Shown: positions 27,829 to 28,646 of the stretch, piece after piece
How positions within the stretch are numbered: position 1 is the first letter of the stretch
Layout: each line of letters opens with the position of its first letter
Assembly (NCBI GenBank): GCA_051652765.1
Contig: JBOFUV010000030.1
Coordinates: forward strand, 1-28,646
Source of the DNA: Microcoleaceae cyanobacterium
GTDB lineage: Bacteria; Cyanobacteriota; Cyanobacteriia; Cyanobacteriales; Microcoleaceae
DNA: 28,646 nt
Direction of reading: 5' to 3'
Translations under genes and position numbers: made by a program
The notes under the pieces: model-generated
What the model was told of the DNA's origin: nothing
What the model saw: the letters and a program-made list of their open reading frames with translations, nothing else
Database searches by the model: none

Positions 27829-28646
27829 GTGCCCAATCGGACTTTTGTAACTTTTATCTTTGCGGCCTTGAGTTGGGGTATTGCTGCTTCACCTGTTTCT
27901 GGACAGGCTTTATTACCCTATACGCCTCAGCTTGATGCAGAACAGCTTGAGCAAAACGGCTTGGATTTAATTCAAGAAGCAGCTCAATTAACTCGTTTCC
28001 AACAGTATCAACTGGCATTGCCTCGAGCTGAATTGGCAACTCAACTTGCCCCCAGTAACTATCAGACTTGGGCATTGCTGGGAACTCTGTATTTGCAAGT
28101 CAACCGAGTTGAAGAGGGAATTGAAGTTTTGCAAAAGGCCCAGTCTCTCGCTCCGGAAGAGGCAGGGATTCGTTTTGTCATCGGTGAAGCTTATTTTCGT
28201 CAAAAGCAGTATCAGAAAGCCATCGATCAAATTGAGGCGGGGCTCAAAATACAGTCTGATGTTCCAGGAGCACTCTTTGATCTAGGCAATGCTTACTTCA
28301 TGCTGGAAAAGTATGATGCGGCGATCGCCCAGTACGAAAAAGCTTTCGCTCAAGAAAAAAATCTTTGGCCTGCCATTAATAATATTGGGTTAGTGCACTA
28401 TGAGCGGGGAGACACAGATGCCGCGATTGAGAGATGGCAAGCCGCAGTCGCGATCGATCAAAAAGCGGCTGAACCTCTTTTGGCCCTAGCGGTAGCCCTG
28501 TACACCCAAGGCAAAGTTGAGGAGGGTTTAGCGACAGGGGAAACAGCCTTGAAGATCGATGGTCGCTATGCCGACGTTGATTTTCTCAAGGAAAATCTTT
28601 GGGGCGATCGCCTGATTGGTGACACTGCAAGGTTTCTGGCAACACC
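27829..28646 (+). CDS. Tetratricopeptide repeat protein (partial, runs off the window)
   Basis: Manual translation from GTG 27829: MPNRTFVTFIFAALSWGIAASPVSGQALLPYTPQL...ALFDLGNAYF...WPAINNIGLVHYERG; no stop before the window end. Confidence 0.9.
   Translation, partial: MPNRTFVTFIFAALSWGIAASPVSGQALLPYTPQLDAEQLEQNGLDLIQEAAQLTRFQQYQLALPRAELATQLAPSNYQTWALLGTLYLQVNRVEEGIEVLQKAQSLAPEEAGIRFVIGEAYFRQKQYQKAIDQIEAGLKIQSDVPGALFDLGNAYFMLEKYDAAIAQYEKAFAQEKNLWPAINNIGLVHYERGDTDAAIERWQAAVAIDQKAAEPLLALAVALYTQGKVEEGLATGETALKIDGRYADVDFLKENLWGDRLIGDTARFLAT

Noticed and set aside
27678..28285. Short ORFs 27678-27935, 27854-28075, 27988-28230 and 28046-28285
   Set aside because: Shadows of the real TPR gene starting at 27829, which the track missed because it has no stop in the window.

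Overview
Cyanobacterial chromosomal window: about 18 HIP1 GCGATCGC octamers counted by eye, plus ccmK3/K4, psbEFLJ-ycf48-rubA and ndhCKJ. Bases ~4570-28646 are mostly ordinary core genes: TerB-like protein, ccmK4/K3, PAS-GAF-GAF-PAS histidine kinase, DUF362, radical SAM, SemiSWEET, PSII cluster, ndhCKJ, an extremely acidic SdrD-B repeat protein, M16 peptidase, CPBP protein, HU, TPM, Bax inhibitor-1 and a partial TPR gene. The most notable part is the first ~4.5 kb, which reads as the distal end of an integron-type gene-cassette array. It has three complete 86-87 nt attC-like sites (281-366, 2520-2605, 3392-3478) plus one truncated site. They separate same-strand genes: a Gly-rich-tail membrane protein, a gene-less highly structured spacer, a type II restriction-modification pair with an atypical CCGG-family nuclease, a DUF4160/DUF2442 toxin-antitoxin pair and a VOC gene, followed by a DUF433/DUF5615 pair with a truncated toxin. 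No integrase is in the window. All family assignments are from motif recognition by eye, not database searches.
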